DNA from: Alphaproteobacteria bacterium
GTDB lineage: Bacteria; Pseudomonadota; Alphaproteobacteria; UBA828
DNA length: 64,000 nucleotides
Direction: 5' to 3'
NCBI GenBank assembly: GCA_965237415.1
Contig: CBDEFM010000001.1
Span: 288,001 to 352,000 of the forward strand
The notes beneath the pieces are model-generated. The model saw only the letters and a program-made list of their open reading frames with translations. It was not told the DNA's origin and searched no databases. Shown piece by piece: positions 50,619-60,055 of the stretch. The position numbers and the translations under genes were made by a program. How positions within the stretch are numbered: the first letter of the stretch is position 1; the number at the start of each line of letters is the position of its first letter.

Positions 50619-50727
50619 GGCAAGCGGAGCGCGCAGTGAGCGTAGCGAACGGAGGCGATAGGGATTGCAGTGGAAATCGGAGCGCAGCGGAGATTGGAGC
50701 GGAAAGCCCGGCCCGAAGGGATCGCCC
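50619..50727. repeat. 109-bp intergenic repeat, copy 1
   Basis: Ungapped similarity to 52371-52479. Confidence 0.85.
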
Positions 50728-51048
50728 AAATCGAACGCATGAACAATCGCAAGCCTATGCCTATGGAGCACCAACACCATCGGCATGATGACCAGCATCG
50801 GCCTCGGAGTCACCGTCAGCATCAGCGACACTGCCATCAGCATCGGCGTCGTCACCGACAGGGCGCGGACATCGCCATCACGGACAACGACGGAAGGGGA
50901 AACACCGAAGCGGGGACGATGGCGCACGAAGTGAAGAGGCTTGCGCTGGCGTTGCGGACTCGTCGAGTGCACGCGGCGATGCAGGGGAAGAGCGGCGTAG
51001 GCGCCGCGCGCAGCGAAGGCGGTCGCGGCGGTGCTCGTGGTGACAACC

Positions 51049-51085
51049 AAAAAGAAAGGGCCACGCCGCCGAAGCGACGCGGCCC
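51049..51085 (-). terminator. Intrinsic terminator after the DUF2493 gene
   Basis: GC stem with TTCG loop followed by a T-rich tail on the - strand. Confidence 0.7.
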
Positions 51086-51100
51086 GTAGTGGCGGTGCGG

Positions 51101-52024
51101 CTATGCGGCGCAGCGTTGCACCGGGATGCCGAGCTTCACGGCCTTGTCGACCAGGTTATCGGTGATGCCGGAGCCGGGGAAGGCGATGACGCCCTTCGGC
51201 AGGAGGTTCAGCAGCTCGTCGTTGCGCCGGAACGGAGCGGCCCGCCCGTGAGCGTTCCAGTCCGGCTTGCACACCACCTGGTGGACGCCGTTCCGCTCTG
51301 CCCACTGCGCCGCGATGCGCTCGATGCCGGGGCCGCCGCCGTGCACGAGGATGATGTCCGCGTACTTCGCCTTCGCCCTGTCGAGGCGGGCGATGACGGC
51401 GTTCGCGTCGGTGACCTGCTTCCCGCCCGCGATGGCGACCAGCGTTCCCTGGGGCAGGTGCGCCCTGGTCTGGCGGTCCTTCCTCGCGCGCATGAAGTCG
51501 CGTGCGTCGATGGCCGCCGAGGTGAGCTGCTTCGTCTGGCTGGTGTTCGAGCCGCGTCGCGGTCGCCAGGTGTCGCCGGTCTCGATGCGGTAGGCGTCGG
51601 CCACTGCGTCGCGTAGCTGCTCGAAGGCGTCGCGCCGGTCGCCGAGGTTCTGTGCGCGGTCGGTGACCAGCTCCAGCTCGCGGGACTTTATCTCGGTGCC
51701 GTCCTGGCTGGTCTGAAGGTCGCGGAGGTCCGGGCTGAGGCGGTCGACGCTGCGGTCGAGTCTGCGGACCTGAGCGTCGAAGGTGTTCACGAACCCCCAG
51801 AGCAGGCTCTCGCGTTCGTCGGCCATCTGGAACCCGTCCGGTCCCACCCCTTCGGCGATGATGCGGAACGCTTCGCTCACCGCGCAGGTGGCGTCGTCTT
51901 CGTCCCAGACTTCGCGGGGGTCGAACTCGCCGCGCTCGGGCGTCGCGCCGAAGAGCTGCGCGTTCTCGCAGACCGTCGCGGTCGCTGACTGGTTCTGTGT
52001 GTCGATGCTGTCGATATCGTGCAT
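51101..52024 (-). CDS. DUF2493/YspA-like SLOG-domain protein
   Basis: VAIAGG, LVHGGGPG.E..A..WA, PDWNAHGRAAPFRRND, IAFPGSGI. Confidence 0.85.
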   Translation of the reverse strand: MHDIDSIDTQNQSATATVCENAQLFGATPERGEFDPREVWDEDDATCAVSEAFRIIAEGVGPDGFQMADERESLLWGFVNTFDAQVRRLDRSVDRLSPDLRDLQTSQDGTEIKSRELELVTDRAQNLGDRRDAFEQLRDAVADAYRIETGDTWRPRRGSNTSQTKQLTSAAIDARDFMRARKDRQTRAHLPQGTLVAIAGGKQVTDANAVIARLDRAKAKYADIILVHGGGPGIERIAAQWAERNGVHQVVCKPDWNAHGRAAPFRRNDELLNLLPKGVIAFPGSGITDNLVDKAVKLGIPVQRCAA

Positions 52025-52370
52025 GTCATTCTCCTGATTGGAAGTGAAGAGGCATCTGCCCCTGTGCGCCGGACCCTCCCGACGTGTTCGTATTGATTCA
52101 CGCGCGCGCAGGGGAGCCACCGGGGCCGGAATGAATGGCCCGGTGGTGTGCGCGAGTGGTGCGGGCGCAGGGAGCGCAGCGACTGAGCCACGGTCGCGCG
52201 CGCCGACGGGACTAGGCGCTTCAGCGCCGTTTCATTGCGAGTCCCGGCCGCAACGGAGCGCTAGCGGAGTGGAGGACCCCGAAGGGGTTGGCGCACTGAG
52301 CACGTGTGGGACAATGCGAATACGTCGGGAGGAGTAATTGTTTGGGACCCCTCCAACCCCGTCTTGCTTT

Positions 52371-52479
52371 GGCAAGCGGAGCGCGCAGCGACCGAAGGAA
52401 GCGGAGGCGAGAGGGATCGCAGCGGAAATTGGAGCGAAGCGGAGATTGCAGCGAAGAGCCCGGCCCGCAGGGCTCGCCC
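52371..52479. repeat. 109-bp intergenic repeat, copy 2
   Basis: Ungapped similarity to 50619-50727. Confidence 0.85.
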
Positions 52480-52518
52480 GAATTCCCCTGTTGGAAGCGC
52501 ACCGCCCCCGAGGCTGAC

Positions 52519-52854
52519 TCACGCATCGGCCTGCTCGGCGAGCTTGTCGGACGCCCAGGCTGCCGCACGCGCCAGCACCGTGCCGTGACAGGGCAAGGGC
52601 ACGCAGTGACAGGCCAGCCAACACCCGTCGAGCTCGGCGAGCTCTTCGAGCGTGACCTCACCCGCGCGGATGCGGCGCCAGAGGTCGGTGCGGTAGAGCG
52701 CGATGACTTCTTCGCGGCTTCCGTCGCGACCGATCTTGAACTTGTTCCCCCACTTCGTGCGCCGGTCGACCAGCACGGTGTTGTTGTGGATGTGGGCATA
52801 TTCGAACTCCTCGCGGAGCCGGGGCTCGTGCTTCAGATTGATGACTGCGTCCAT
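52519..52854 (-). CDS. DUF4326 family protein
   Basis: VDRRTKWGNKFKIGRDGSREEVI..Y...LACHCVPLPCHG.VL. Confidence 0.88.
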   Translation of the reverse strand: MDAVINLKHEPRLREEFEYAHIHNNTVLVDRRTKWGNKFKIGRDGSREEVIALYRTDLWRRIRAGEVTLEELAELDGCWLACHCVPLPCHGTVLARAAAWASDKLAEQADA

Positions 52855-53879
52855 GACCTCTCTCCTCTCTCCCGAAGGGCTTGCCCTTCACTCGGCTCTC
52901 CTCTTCCTCCCGCGAAGCGGAACAAGGAGCTGAGCCGCGCGGCGAGCGATACGGGACCGAGTGCAACGAGGTCGTCGTTGAAGTCCCCGCCTTCGGGGGC
53001 GATGACGAAGGCGGCGACGCCCGCGCGCGCGCAGCGCCGGGCGAGGCGCATCGCCGCCTGCTCGCCTTCGATGTCGTTGTCGCGGGCGATGACGAGGCGC
53101 GCGACGCCGGGCGGAGGCGCGAACGCGCCGAGGCTCCCGGCGGAGAGCGCCGCCGCGGCGGTGATCGCGGGGACCGCGGTCACGAGCGACAGCACCGTCT
53201 CGATGCCCTCGCCGACGAGGAGCGAAGCGCCGTCGGCGGGCTTGCCGAACCGGACGGCGCGCCCGTAGATGCGCCCGAGCGCCTTCCTCGGCGTTGCGAC
53301 GCCCGCCTTGGCGGGCGCGCGGGCGTCGAGCCAGGTGCGCTGCACGCCGGTGACGGCGCCGTCGTCGCCGGTCACGGCGGCGACCAGCGCCGGGAGGCGG
53401 CGCACCGTCGGGCCTTCGCGGTAGCGAAGCTCGGGGTGGAAGCGCAGCGCCGCGAAGCGGCAGCGTGCGAGACCGCGTGCATGGAGATAGCGCTCCGCGT
53501 GGGTGCCGTCGATGGCGCGGCAACGCTGCCACAGACGGCGCGCCGCTTGCGCCGCGTCGTAGCTGTCGCCCTCGCTCGCGGCCGGCGCAGCCGGCAGGGC
53601 GAGGAAGGCGCGGGCCTCGTCGAGCGCCGCGCGCAGCGTCGGCGCGCCCGAGCGATGGCGGACGAGGTCGAGCAGGTCGCCATGCTGTCCCGTCGCGCTG
53701 TCGGTCCACTTCCCGCGCGTACCGGGGCCGGCGAGGCGGACGTAGAGCGAGCGGCCGCGGGCGCCGTCGAGGTCGCCTGCGACCCAGTAGCGGCCCTGCT
53801 TGCGACCATGGGGGAGATAGCGCCGGCAGACGGACTCGGCCTGGGCGCCGAGCGCGGCGGCGATGCCGGCCGCGTTCAC
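52833..53879 (-). CDS. Toprim-domain primase-like protein
   Basis: GKWTDSATGQHGDLLDL, GVQRTWLD, VGEGIET, IARDND, DFNDDL; GTG start inferred. Confidence 0.85.
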   Translation of the reverse strand: MNAAGIAAALGAQAESVCRRYLPHGRKQGRYWVAGDLDGARGRSLYVRLAGPGTRGKWTDSATGQHGDLLDLVRHRSGAPTLRAALDEARAFLALPAAPAASEGDSYDAAQAARRLWQRCRAIDGTHAERYLHARGLARCRFAALRFHPELRYREGPTVRRLPALVAAVTGDDGAVTGVQRTWLDARAPAKAGVATPRKALGRIYGRAVRFGKPADGASLLVGEGIETVLSLVTAVPAITAAAALSAGSLGAFAPPPGVARLVIARDNDIEGEQAAMRLARRCARAGVAAFVIAPEGGDFNDDLVALGPVSLAARLSSLFRFAGGRGEPSEGQALRERGERSWTQSSI

Positions 53880-54085
53880 GGCGCGGCTCCGGCGGGAGCG
53901 AAGCGAGATATCGGCATGAAGGACTCCTCGGGTCTCACGGGGGACACCCGATACCGGCCGGCCCGGCTCTCGCCGGCGCCGGATGGCGAGCGTGCCGCGC
54001 GAAGCGCGGGCGCGATGCCCGAACGGGAGCGGACTCGAAACACATTGGAAAGAGAAACGGCCGGGGCGCGAAGCGCCGGCCCGGC

Positions 54086-54631
54086 TCACGGGGCGCCGGC
54101 AAGCCGTCCGACGTCTATCCGGCCAATCCATGCGGCGGAGCGCGCCGCGGGGTCGTCGTCGCGAAGGTGCTGGCGGAGCTCCATCCACAGGCGCCCCAGC
54201 ACGTTCGCGCCGAAGTAGCTGTCGCCCGCCGGCTTGGCGCCCCACCAGGCGTCGCGGGTCGATATCTCCACGATGGCGCGCTCACCGGTACGCACGAGCT
54301 CGGCGTCGACGGCGGCCGCGTTCTTCTCGCGCTTCATGCGCAGGACCCAGCGCATCACGTTCACCCGCCGGGCGGTCCAGCGCGGGTCCAGGCCCGGTAC
54401 CGGGCTGCGTCCGATGGCGGCGGCCTCGCGCGCCGTCGGGGCGTTCGCAATCCGCTGCTGCACATCGGGGGCGGCGGCGAACTTGGCGGCCTGGTACAGG
54501 TGTTCCGAGGTGGCAAAGGTCCACGGGCCAGCGGCGATCGGCACGGCCAGCGGCTGGAAGTTGCTGAACGCGCCCCAAGCCTCGCGGGTAAACCGAAACC
54601 CGCACACGTCGTCCTTCTCGTAGATTCGCAT
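54086..54631 (-). CDS. NADAR family protein
   Basis: FSNF, TSEHLYQAAKF, IVE.S.RDAWWG, GANVLGRLWMELR. Confidence 0.92.
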   Translation of the reverse strand: MRIYEKDDVCGFRFTREAWGAFSNFQPLAVPIAAGPWTFATSEHLYQAAKFAAAPDVQQRIANAPTAREAAAIGRSPVPGLDPRWTARRVNVMRWVLRMKREKNAAAVDAELVRTGERAIVEISTRDAWWGAKPAGDSYFGANVLGRLWMELRQHLRDDDPAARSAAWIGRIDVGRLAGAP

Positions 54632-54768
54632 GCTGTCGTCCTCCGTTGCGGGCGGCGGGCTCTACTCGTTTCTTCCGCCCCTCACGAACCCAAACGCTCG
54701 CCTCTGCCCGGCTCGGGGAAGCGCGCGCGCGAGGCTCCGACCGATACGGTCTCCAATCGGTCCGCACG

Positions 54769-54800
54769 AGAAAGGGGCCGACGCGCGAAGCGCCGGCCCC
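54769..54800 (-). terminator. Terminator-like hairpin
   Basis: GGGGCCGGCGCTTCGCGCGTCGGCCCCTTTCT on the - strand. Confidence 0.65.
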
Positions 54801-54814
54801 TGTCGGTTCTCGTC

Positions 54815-55156
54815 TCACTCGTAGCGTGGCCGCGTTCTCGGAAAGTCCGCGCCGGCGTGCGGCTCGATGCGCAGCACGGGCCACCCGGTGCAGAGCACCG
54901 AATCCGGCGGGTGAAGCCCCTGCCGGCGTTCGGCGATGGCCGGCGCCATCGCATCGCGGGCCGCCGTCGCCGAGGCGATGGTGGAATACGTGCCGCGGCA
55001 CGCGACGAAGGCGCCGGTGTCGTACCACCACCCGCCTTCCTCCGGCCCGCCGAAGGCGCGGTTCGTCCGGTACTCGTTCAGATGGAACGGCACTTCCGGC
55101 GCCGGCCGTCCGGCGTCGGCGTCCCGGCAGGCGATTGCGTTTGCTGCGTCGCTCAT
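54815..55156 (-). CDS. Hypothetical protein with GGPEEGGWWY motif
   Basis: RAFGGPEEGGWWYDTG; C-terminal FP..RPRYE. Confidence 0.75.
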   Translation of the reverse strand: MSDAANAIACRDADAGRPAPEVPFHLNEYRTNRAFGGPEEGGWWYDTGAFVACRGTYSTIASATAARDAMAPAIAERRQGLHPPDSVLCTGWPVLRIEPHAGADFPRTRPRYE

Positions 55157-55243
55157 GTGCGGGTCTCTTTCAGCGTGGGGGATGCGGGACTCTCTCGACA
55201 CGAGTCCCGTTCACCCTCTCGACGCGCGCCTCGTGCTCCGGCG

Positions 55244-55813
55244 CTACCCGGCCAACGTGCGGAACGTCGCCGAGACGCGCGTCGCGGACTCGCGCACGCT
55301 GTCGGCGCGGTCGATGCCATGCACCCACCGCTGGCGTGCTGGCCCGGCGAGGACCAGGACCGAGCGCCGGGGGAGCACCGCGACCTCGTCGCCGGGCATG
55401 GCGCCGCTGGCGTACGGACGGGTGCCGCGGGGCCGGAACCGCATCGGCCAGTCGGCGCCGAGCGAGAGCGAGGCCACGACGGGACCAAAGTCGCGGTGGT
55501 CGGCGTGCATGCCGATACCCTGTCCGGGGCGGTACTCGTTGACGATGCACTGCACCGGGAGCGCGCCGCCGAAGTGCGGCCGGAGCCGAACGGCCATCGC
55601 GTCGGTCCAGCGTGGGAACGGCGTGGCCGGGAGCGGCCGGCTCGACCCCCTGTAGTCGTAGCGGAACCCGTAGTGCTGCACGCGGCGGCGGAGCTCGGTG
55701 AACCAGGGGGCCTCGGCGATGCGCAGGAGGATGCGCCCCTCCTCGGCGGGGGTGACGAAGTCCGGGGCGATGACCGCCCCGCTGTCGAAGATGCTGGTGG
55801 TGTCGCGCGGCAT
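55244..55813 (-). CDS. alkB: AlkB-family 2OG-Fe(II) dioxygenase
   Basis: RRVQHYG, IVNEYRPGQGIGMHAD, SLSLG, WVHGI, RVSATFR. Confidence 0.9.
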   Translation of the reverse strand: MPRDTTSIFDSGAVIAPDFVTPAEEGRILLRIAEAPWFTELRRRVQHYGFRYDYRGSSRPLPATPFPRWTDAMAVRLRPHFGGALPVQCIVNEYRPGQGIGMHADHRDFGPVVASLSLGADWPMRFRPRGTRPYASGAMPGDEVAVLPRRSVLVLAGPARQRWVHGIDRADSVRESATRVSATFRTLAG

Positions 55814-55901
55814 GCTCTCTCTCCTTCCCGATATGGACATCCACACGGGCATCCACTCGGACTCCGGCGGACGGTGGGCGGGGAGACTCGAAGCCATCGG
55901 C

Positions 55902-55936
55902 AAAAAAAAGGGGACCGACGCCGAAGCGCCGGCCCC
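55902..55936 (-). terminator. Intrinsic terminator after ssb
   Basis: GGGGCCGGCGCTTCGGCGTCGGTCCCC followed by T8. Confidence 0.85.
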
Positions 55937-55968
55937 CGAGGTGGGAGGGAGGAGGAAGCGACGGTCCG

Positions 55969-56430
55969 CTAGAAGGGGATCTCGTCGTCGAGGTCGGTGG
56001 GCGCCGGGGTGCCGCCGGCAGGCATGGCCGACCCGTTCGCGGGCGCCTGGTCGCCGGAGGTCGCCCCGCCGTTGCCGTTCGGGCGGTCGAGGAACTGCAC
56101 CCGCCCGCCGGGGACGAGGAGAATCTCGGTCGAGAACCGGTCGCCGTCCTCACCCGGCTTCGTCCAGCGCCGCGTCTGCAGCTTGCCGTCGATGTAGACC
56201 AGGCGGCCCTTCTTCGCGTGCCGCTCGAACATGTCGATGAGCCCGTCCTGGAAGGTCACGATGCGGTGCCACTCGGTCTTGTCGACCTTCTCACCGGTCT
56301 GCTTGTTGATGTACGACTCGTCGGTCGCGATGCTCAGGTTGGCCACGCGGCCCCCCGAGGTGAGGTGATTGACGGTGACGTCGGCGCCGAGGCGGCCAAT
56401 CAGTTCCACGCGGTTGAGTCCGAAAGCCAT
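55969..56430 (-). CDS. ssb: Single-stranded DNA-binding protein
   Basis: NRVELIGRLGAD, TEWHRIV, GKLQTRRW, C-terminal DLDDEIPF. Confidence 0.95.
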   Translation of the reverse strand: MAFGLNRVELIGRLGADVTVNHLTSGGRVANLSIATDESYINKQTGEKVDKTEWHRIVTFQDGLIDMFERHAKKGRLVYIDGKLQTRRWTKPGEDGDRFSTEILLVPGGRVQFLDRPNGNGGATSGDQAPANGSAMPAGGTPAPTDLDDEIPF

Positions 56431-56530
56431 GGGTAGTCTCCTTCATGGTCTGGATATTGACGATGGGTTTGAACCCGCCGGGGGCCTGGGACACTCTCCC
56501 TAACCCCCTTCGGTTCACTTCTCACTCGCT

Positions 56531-56668
56531 TCACTCCTCCTCTACGGCGTCGCCCCGAGGGTCGAACGGGGCGGGCTCTGCGAGGATGTCGTGGATGGCA
56601 CGGCTGCCGAGGCCGATGTGCGCGAGCAGGTCTGAGCCGGAATGCGATTCGATGTCGTAGTCGAACAT
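56531..56668 (-). CDS. Small acidic protein (45 aa)
   Basis: AGGAG RBS; MFDYDIESHSGSDLLAHIGL...DAVEEE. Confidence 0.5.
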   Translation of the reverse strand: MFDYDIESHSGSDLLAHIGLGSRAIHDILAEPAPFDPRGDAVEEE

Positions 56669-56784
56669 GGGACGGGTCTCCTGTACGGGTGTCGCGCCCG
56701 ACACCGGGAGGGGAGCGCATCTCCCTCTCCCCTGCCGGGCGTTCGCCCGGCTCGCAGCAACGCTCTGGCTCGAAAGACGTGGGG

Positions 56785-57312
56785 TCAGGCAGCGCGGCGA
56801 ATGGCGAGGAGTCGCTCGCAGGCTTCGCGCGGACACATGGCGCCGAGATTCAGCACGGGAATGCCATGCTCGGCGGCGATGCGCAGCCCCATCCCCGTGC
56901 CACCGGCAATCGCGCCGCCGGACGTGAACGCGACCACGGCATCGACGGGCCGGTCGAGGGAAGGCCGAAGCAGAATCGCGGAGTTCCGAGCGTGCAGCTT
57001 CCGTGCGGCCGGCGAGCAGCGATGCCAGGCGGGGTGCAGACGCGCTGCCACGGCCATGCAGACGGAGAGCTCGTCCGGTGTGAGGGCGCGGCAGTCCGGC
57101 CCCCCGTGCCCGTTATAGCCGCGCCACGGGAGATAGAGTGTGCGCTGGCCGGCCGGCGAGCCCCCGGCAAACGCGGTATCGGCACCGTCCGCGCCGCCGC
57201 TCGCGAGATGCCAGCCCGTTCGCGCGAGCCATCCCGCCATCACGGTCATGTCGCGCAAAGTGGCGGCGGGTGTGGCGCGTGAGCCGATGCCGGCATAGGT
57301 CAATGTCGTCAT
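56785..57312 (-). CDS. SLOG/DprA-like Rossmann-fold protein
   Basis: YAGIGSRATP, SGGADGADTAF, YLPW, HPAW, LHARN, GGTG. Confidence 0.85.
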   Translation of the reverse strand: MTTLTYAGIGSRATPAATLRDMTVMAGWLARTGWHLASGGADGADTAFAGGSPAGQRTLYLPWRGYNGHGGPDCRALTPDELSVCMAVAARLHPAWHRCSPAARKLHARNSAILLRPSLDRPVDAVVAFTSGGAIAGGTGMGLRIAAEHGIPVLNLGAMCPREACERLLAIRRAA

Positions 57313-57442
57313 GTCGCGGTTCCTCCCGGGGACGATGGGTGCCGCGTCACTCTCTCCGGTCGCGGCTGTCACCCTCCACTGGCTGTCCTCGAACCCGGAC
57401 AGGGAGGGTCGGCCATGCGCGCCCGGAGAGGATTCGGTCCGC

Positions 57443-57698
57443 TCAGAGGAGTCCGCGTTCCGCGAACGAGACCACCTCTCCGTCGCCGACGACGAAGTGG
57501 TCGATAAGACGGACGTCGACGAGCGTGAGCGCCTCGGCGAGTCGCTTGGTGATGGCGCGGTCGGCGAAACTTGGCTCGGCAACGCCACTGGGGTGTCCGT
57601 GGGCGACGACGATCGCGGAGGCGTTGTGCATCAGCGCTCTTCGCACCACCACGCGCGGATGAACGGAGGCGCCATCGACGGTGCCGTTGAACAGCTCC
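57443..57698 (-). pseudogene. radC: RadC (JAB domain), C-terminal part
   Basis: [17 protein letters not shown]...AHGHPSG..EPS.AD...IDHFVVG. Confidence 0.9.
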
Positions 57699-57863
57699 AG
57701 ATGTTGCATGCAACATCTGGAGATTAATGTTGCGGCCACTGTTATGTTGTAAACTGTAGCAACTAATTGTTTCATATGAATTTACTTAGGATATACATAA
57801 CATAATTCTCTTCATGGCACGGGTCGGGCATGCTCGTGACTCCAACAACACGGAGACACGACC

Positions 57864-59114
57864 ATGTTCGAATCACTGTTCACAGGACGCAGAACGCTTG
57901 AGACATACAGGGCAGCGCCCCTCTTGGACTGCCGGGTGCGATACCTCGGGAATCGTGCTGAGTCGGGTGCCAACGTCGTCACATTGCGTACCATTGCAGT
58001 GCATCAGCTTCGTCTCGTTCTCCTTCTCGATTTCGCGGAAGGCGATACCGTCAGCCTTGGACAGATAAAGGCCGCTGCCGAAGAGTGGTCCTGTCCTGGA
58101 CTGCACAGAATTTACAAGCCCTCATCATCGAGGCGGAGAGCGGATTTTGTTGGGCAAGTCGTCCAGTGGCTCCGATTCCTGGGCATGTTTGAAGAATCCG
58201 ACGACGTCAAACACGCTCACACTGCCGAGGTCGGCGCGTATGAGGATTGGATGCGCGACGAGCGCGGTTTCTCAGAAGCCTCCATCTACCGTTATTGCAG
58301 TTACGCGGATGAGTTTTTGGAATGGCTGGGCGCCAACGATCTGACGCTAGGTTCGGTTCGGATTACCGACATCGATCGCGCGATCGCGGCCAAGCAGGCC
58401 AGAAGACGCTACAGCCGCTGGACGATACGGAACTACGCTGTCGGTTTACGCACGTTCTTCCGCTTTGCCGAACGTCAGCGCTGGTGCACGCAAGGCATGG
58501 CCGAGGGAATCATCCCTCCACGGATCTATGCGACGGAGTCGGTGCCTTTGGGCCCGACCCGGGACGACGTGCAGTTGCTGCTCGCGAGTACCGAGCGCGG
58601 CAGACCAATGGACAAGCGCGACCGCGCAATCCTGATGATTCTTATTGCTTACGGGCTGCGAAGCGGGGAAGTCTGCGGACTGCAGCTCAACGATGTCGAT
58701 TGGGAGAACGAGAGGTTGCGAGTGCGCCGATCGAAGTCAGGTCGAACGCATTTCTACCCCCTGTCCCGGGGCGTGGGCCAGGCCATCATCCGGTACGTTC
58801 TCGAGGTCCGTCCGCCGCTCGCCGAACGCACTCTCTTCGTTACCGTGAGAGCTCCATTCAGACCGCTCAGTCCGAGCGGCATGGCGGAAGTCGTTAGAAG
58901 CCGCTTCGAACGTCTCGGCATCGTCGCCCGGCGTATGGGGCCCCACGGACTACGACATGCGGCCGCTCAGCATCTTCTCGACCAGGGCATGTCAATGAAG
59001 GTTGTTGGGGATTTTCTCGGACACCGTCACCCGTCGAGTACGGGGGTTTACGCCAAGGTCGACCTCAGCACCCTTCGGGAAGTGGCCGATTTCGACTTGG
59101 AGGTGCTGGCATGA
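57864..59114 (+). CDS. ritA: RIT tyrosine recombinase A
   Basis: RDRAIL...YGLRSGEV, HGLRHAAA, LGH, VYAKVDL. Confidence 0.92.
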   Translation: MFESLFTGRRTLETYRAAPLLDCRVRYLGNRAESGANVVTLRTIAVHQLRLVLLLDFAEGDTVSLGQIKAAAEEWSCPGLHRIYKPSSSRRRADFVGQVVQWLRFLGMFEESDDVKHAHTAEVGAYEDWMRDERGFSEASIYRYCSYADEFLEWLGANDLTLGSVRITDIDRAIAAKQARRRYSRWTIRNYAVGLRTFFRFAERQRWCTQGMAEGIIPPRIYATESVPLGPTRDDVQLLLASTERGRPMDKRDRAILMILIAYGLRSGEVCGLQLNDVDWENERLRVRRSKSGRTHFYPLSRGVGQAIIRYVLEVRPPLAERTLFVTVRAPFRPLSPSGMAEVVRSRFERLGIVARRMGPHGLRHAAAQHLLDQGMSMKVVGDFLGHRHPSSTGVYAKVDLSTLREVADFDLEVLA

Positions 59115-60055
59115 CTCTCCAAGAAGCAATGGGGCAATACATTGAGTGGCGACAAGCCCACGGCGCGCGTTTCGAGAGTGTTGGGGCCGTGCTCAGGATG
59201 TTCGTCAGATTCGTTGGTGGCGAGACGGACTGCGATGCCGTTACCAATGCGCAGGTCTGCGCGTTTCTCGCGGGGAATCGGCCACTTACCCACTACCGTG
59301 TCGCGAAGTACTCGTCACTGTCGGTGTTCTACCGGTATGCGATCAGCCGCGGTTACGCGAGCCGATCGCCGCTGCCTGACAATGAGCCGAGGACTCCGGC
59401 GCGATTGCCGCCGTACATATACTCGTACGAGGAACTGCGGCGTCTCTTTGAGGCGATAGACGTCAGCCGAACGCGGGCGTTGCAGCTTGACGCGTACACA
59501 CTCCGCACCCTGCTGCTTCTTCTGTACGGGGCCGGCTTGCGCCGCGGTGAAGCGCTGGGCCTCACGGTAGCGGATGTCGACCTCTCAGATGCGGTGCTCA
59601 CCGTGCGCGACACGAAGTTCTTCAAATCCCGCCTGGTTCCCGTGGGTCGTCCTCTCGGCGATGCGCTGAGATCGTATGCGATACAGCGCATGAAACGGCC
59701 TCTCCAGAAAGGGAAGGAATCAGCCTTCTTGGCGAGCTGGGACGGCGCAAAGCTGAAGGTAACGACCGTTCGGGCCGCGTTCGAAAATCTCCTGCGTGAT
59801 GCTGGAATCCCCAAGGCAAACGATTTGCGCCAACCCCCGCGCCTGCATTCGTTCAGGCACAGCTTTGCCGTCCATCGGCTGACTTCATGGTATCGGGAGG
59901 GCGCGGACTTGCAACGGTTACTGCCAGCGCTTTCTACCTACCTTGGCCACAAGAATCTGGCAGGCACGCAAGTCTACCTCACGATGACACCAGAACTGCT
60001 GCACCAAGCTTCACTTCGGTTCGAGCGCTACGCGCGGGGAGAAAACGATGAGTGA
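59111..60055 (+). CDS. ritB: RIT tyrosine recombinase B
   Basis: PYIYS, YGAGLRRGEA, TKFFKSRLVP, HSFRHSFAVHRL..WY, LSTYLGH, YLTMTPEL. Confidence 0.93.
   Translation: MTLQEAMGQYIEWRQAHGARFESVGAVLRMFVRFVGGETDCDAVTNAQVCAFLAGNRPLTHYRVAKYSSLSVFYRYAISRGYASRSPLPDNEPRTPARLPPYIYSYEELRRLFEAIDVSRTRALQLDAYTLRTLLLLLYGAGLRRGEALGLTVADVDLSDAVLTVRDTKFFKSRLVPVGRPLGDALRSYAIQRMKRPLQKGKESAFLASWDGAKLKVTTVRAAFENLLRDAGIPKANDLRQPPRLHSFRHSFAVHRLTSWYREGADLQRLLPALSTYLGHKNLAGTQVYLTMTPELLHQASLRFERYARGENDE

Noticed and set aside
50670-51089. His/Gln/Arg-rich ORF
   Set aside because: Low complexity, opposite strand to its neighbours, overlaps a repeat and a terminator; coding status unsupported
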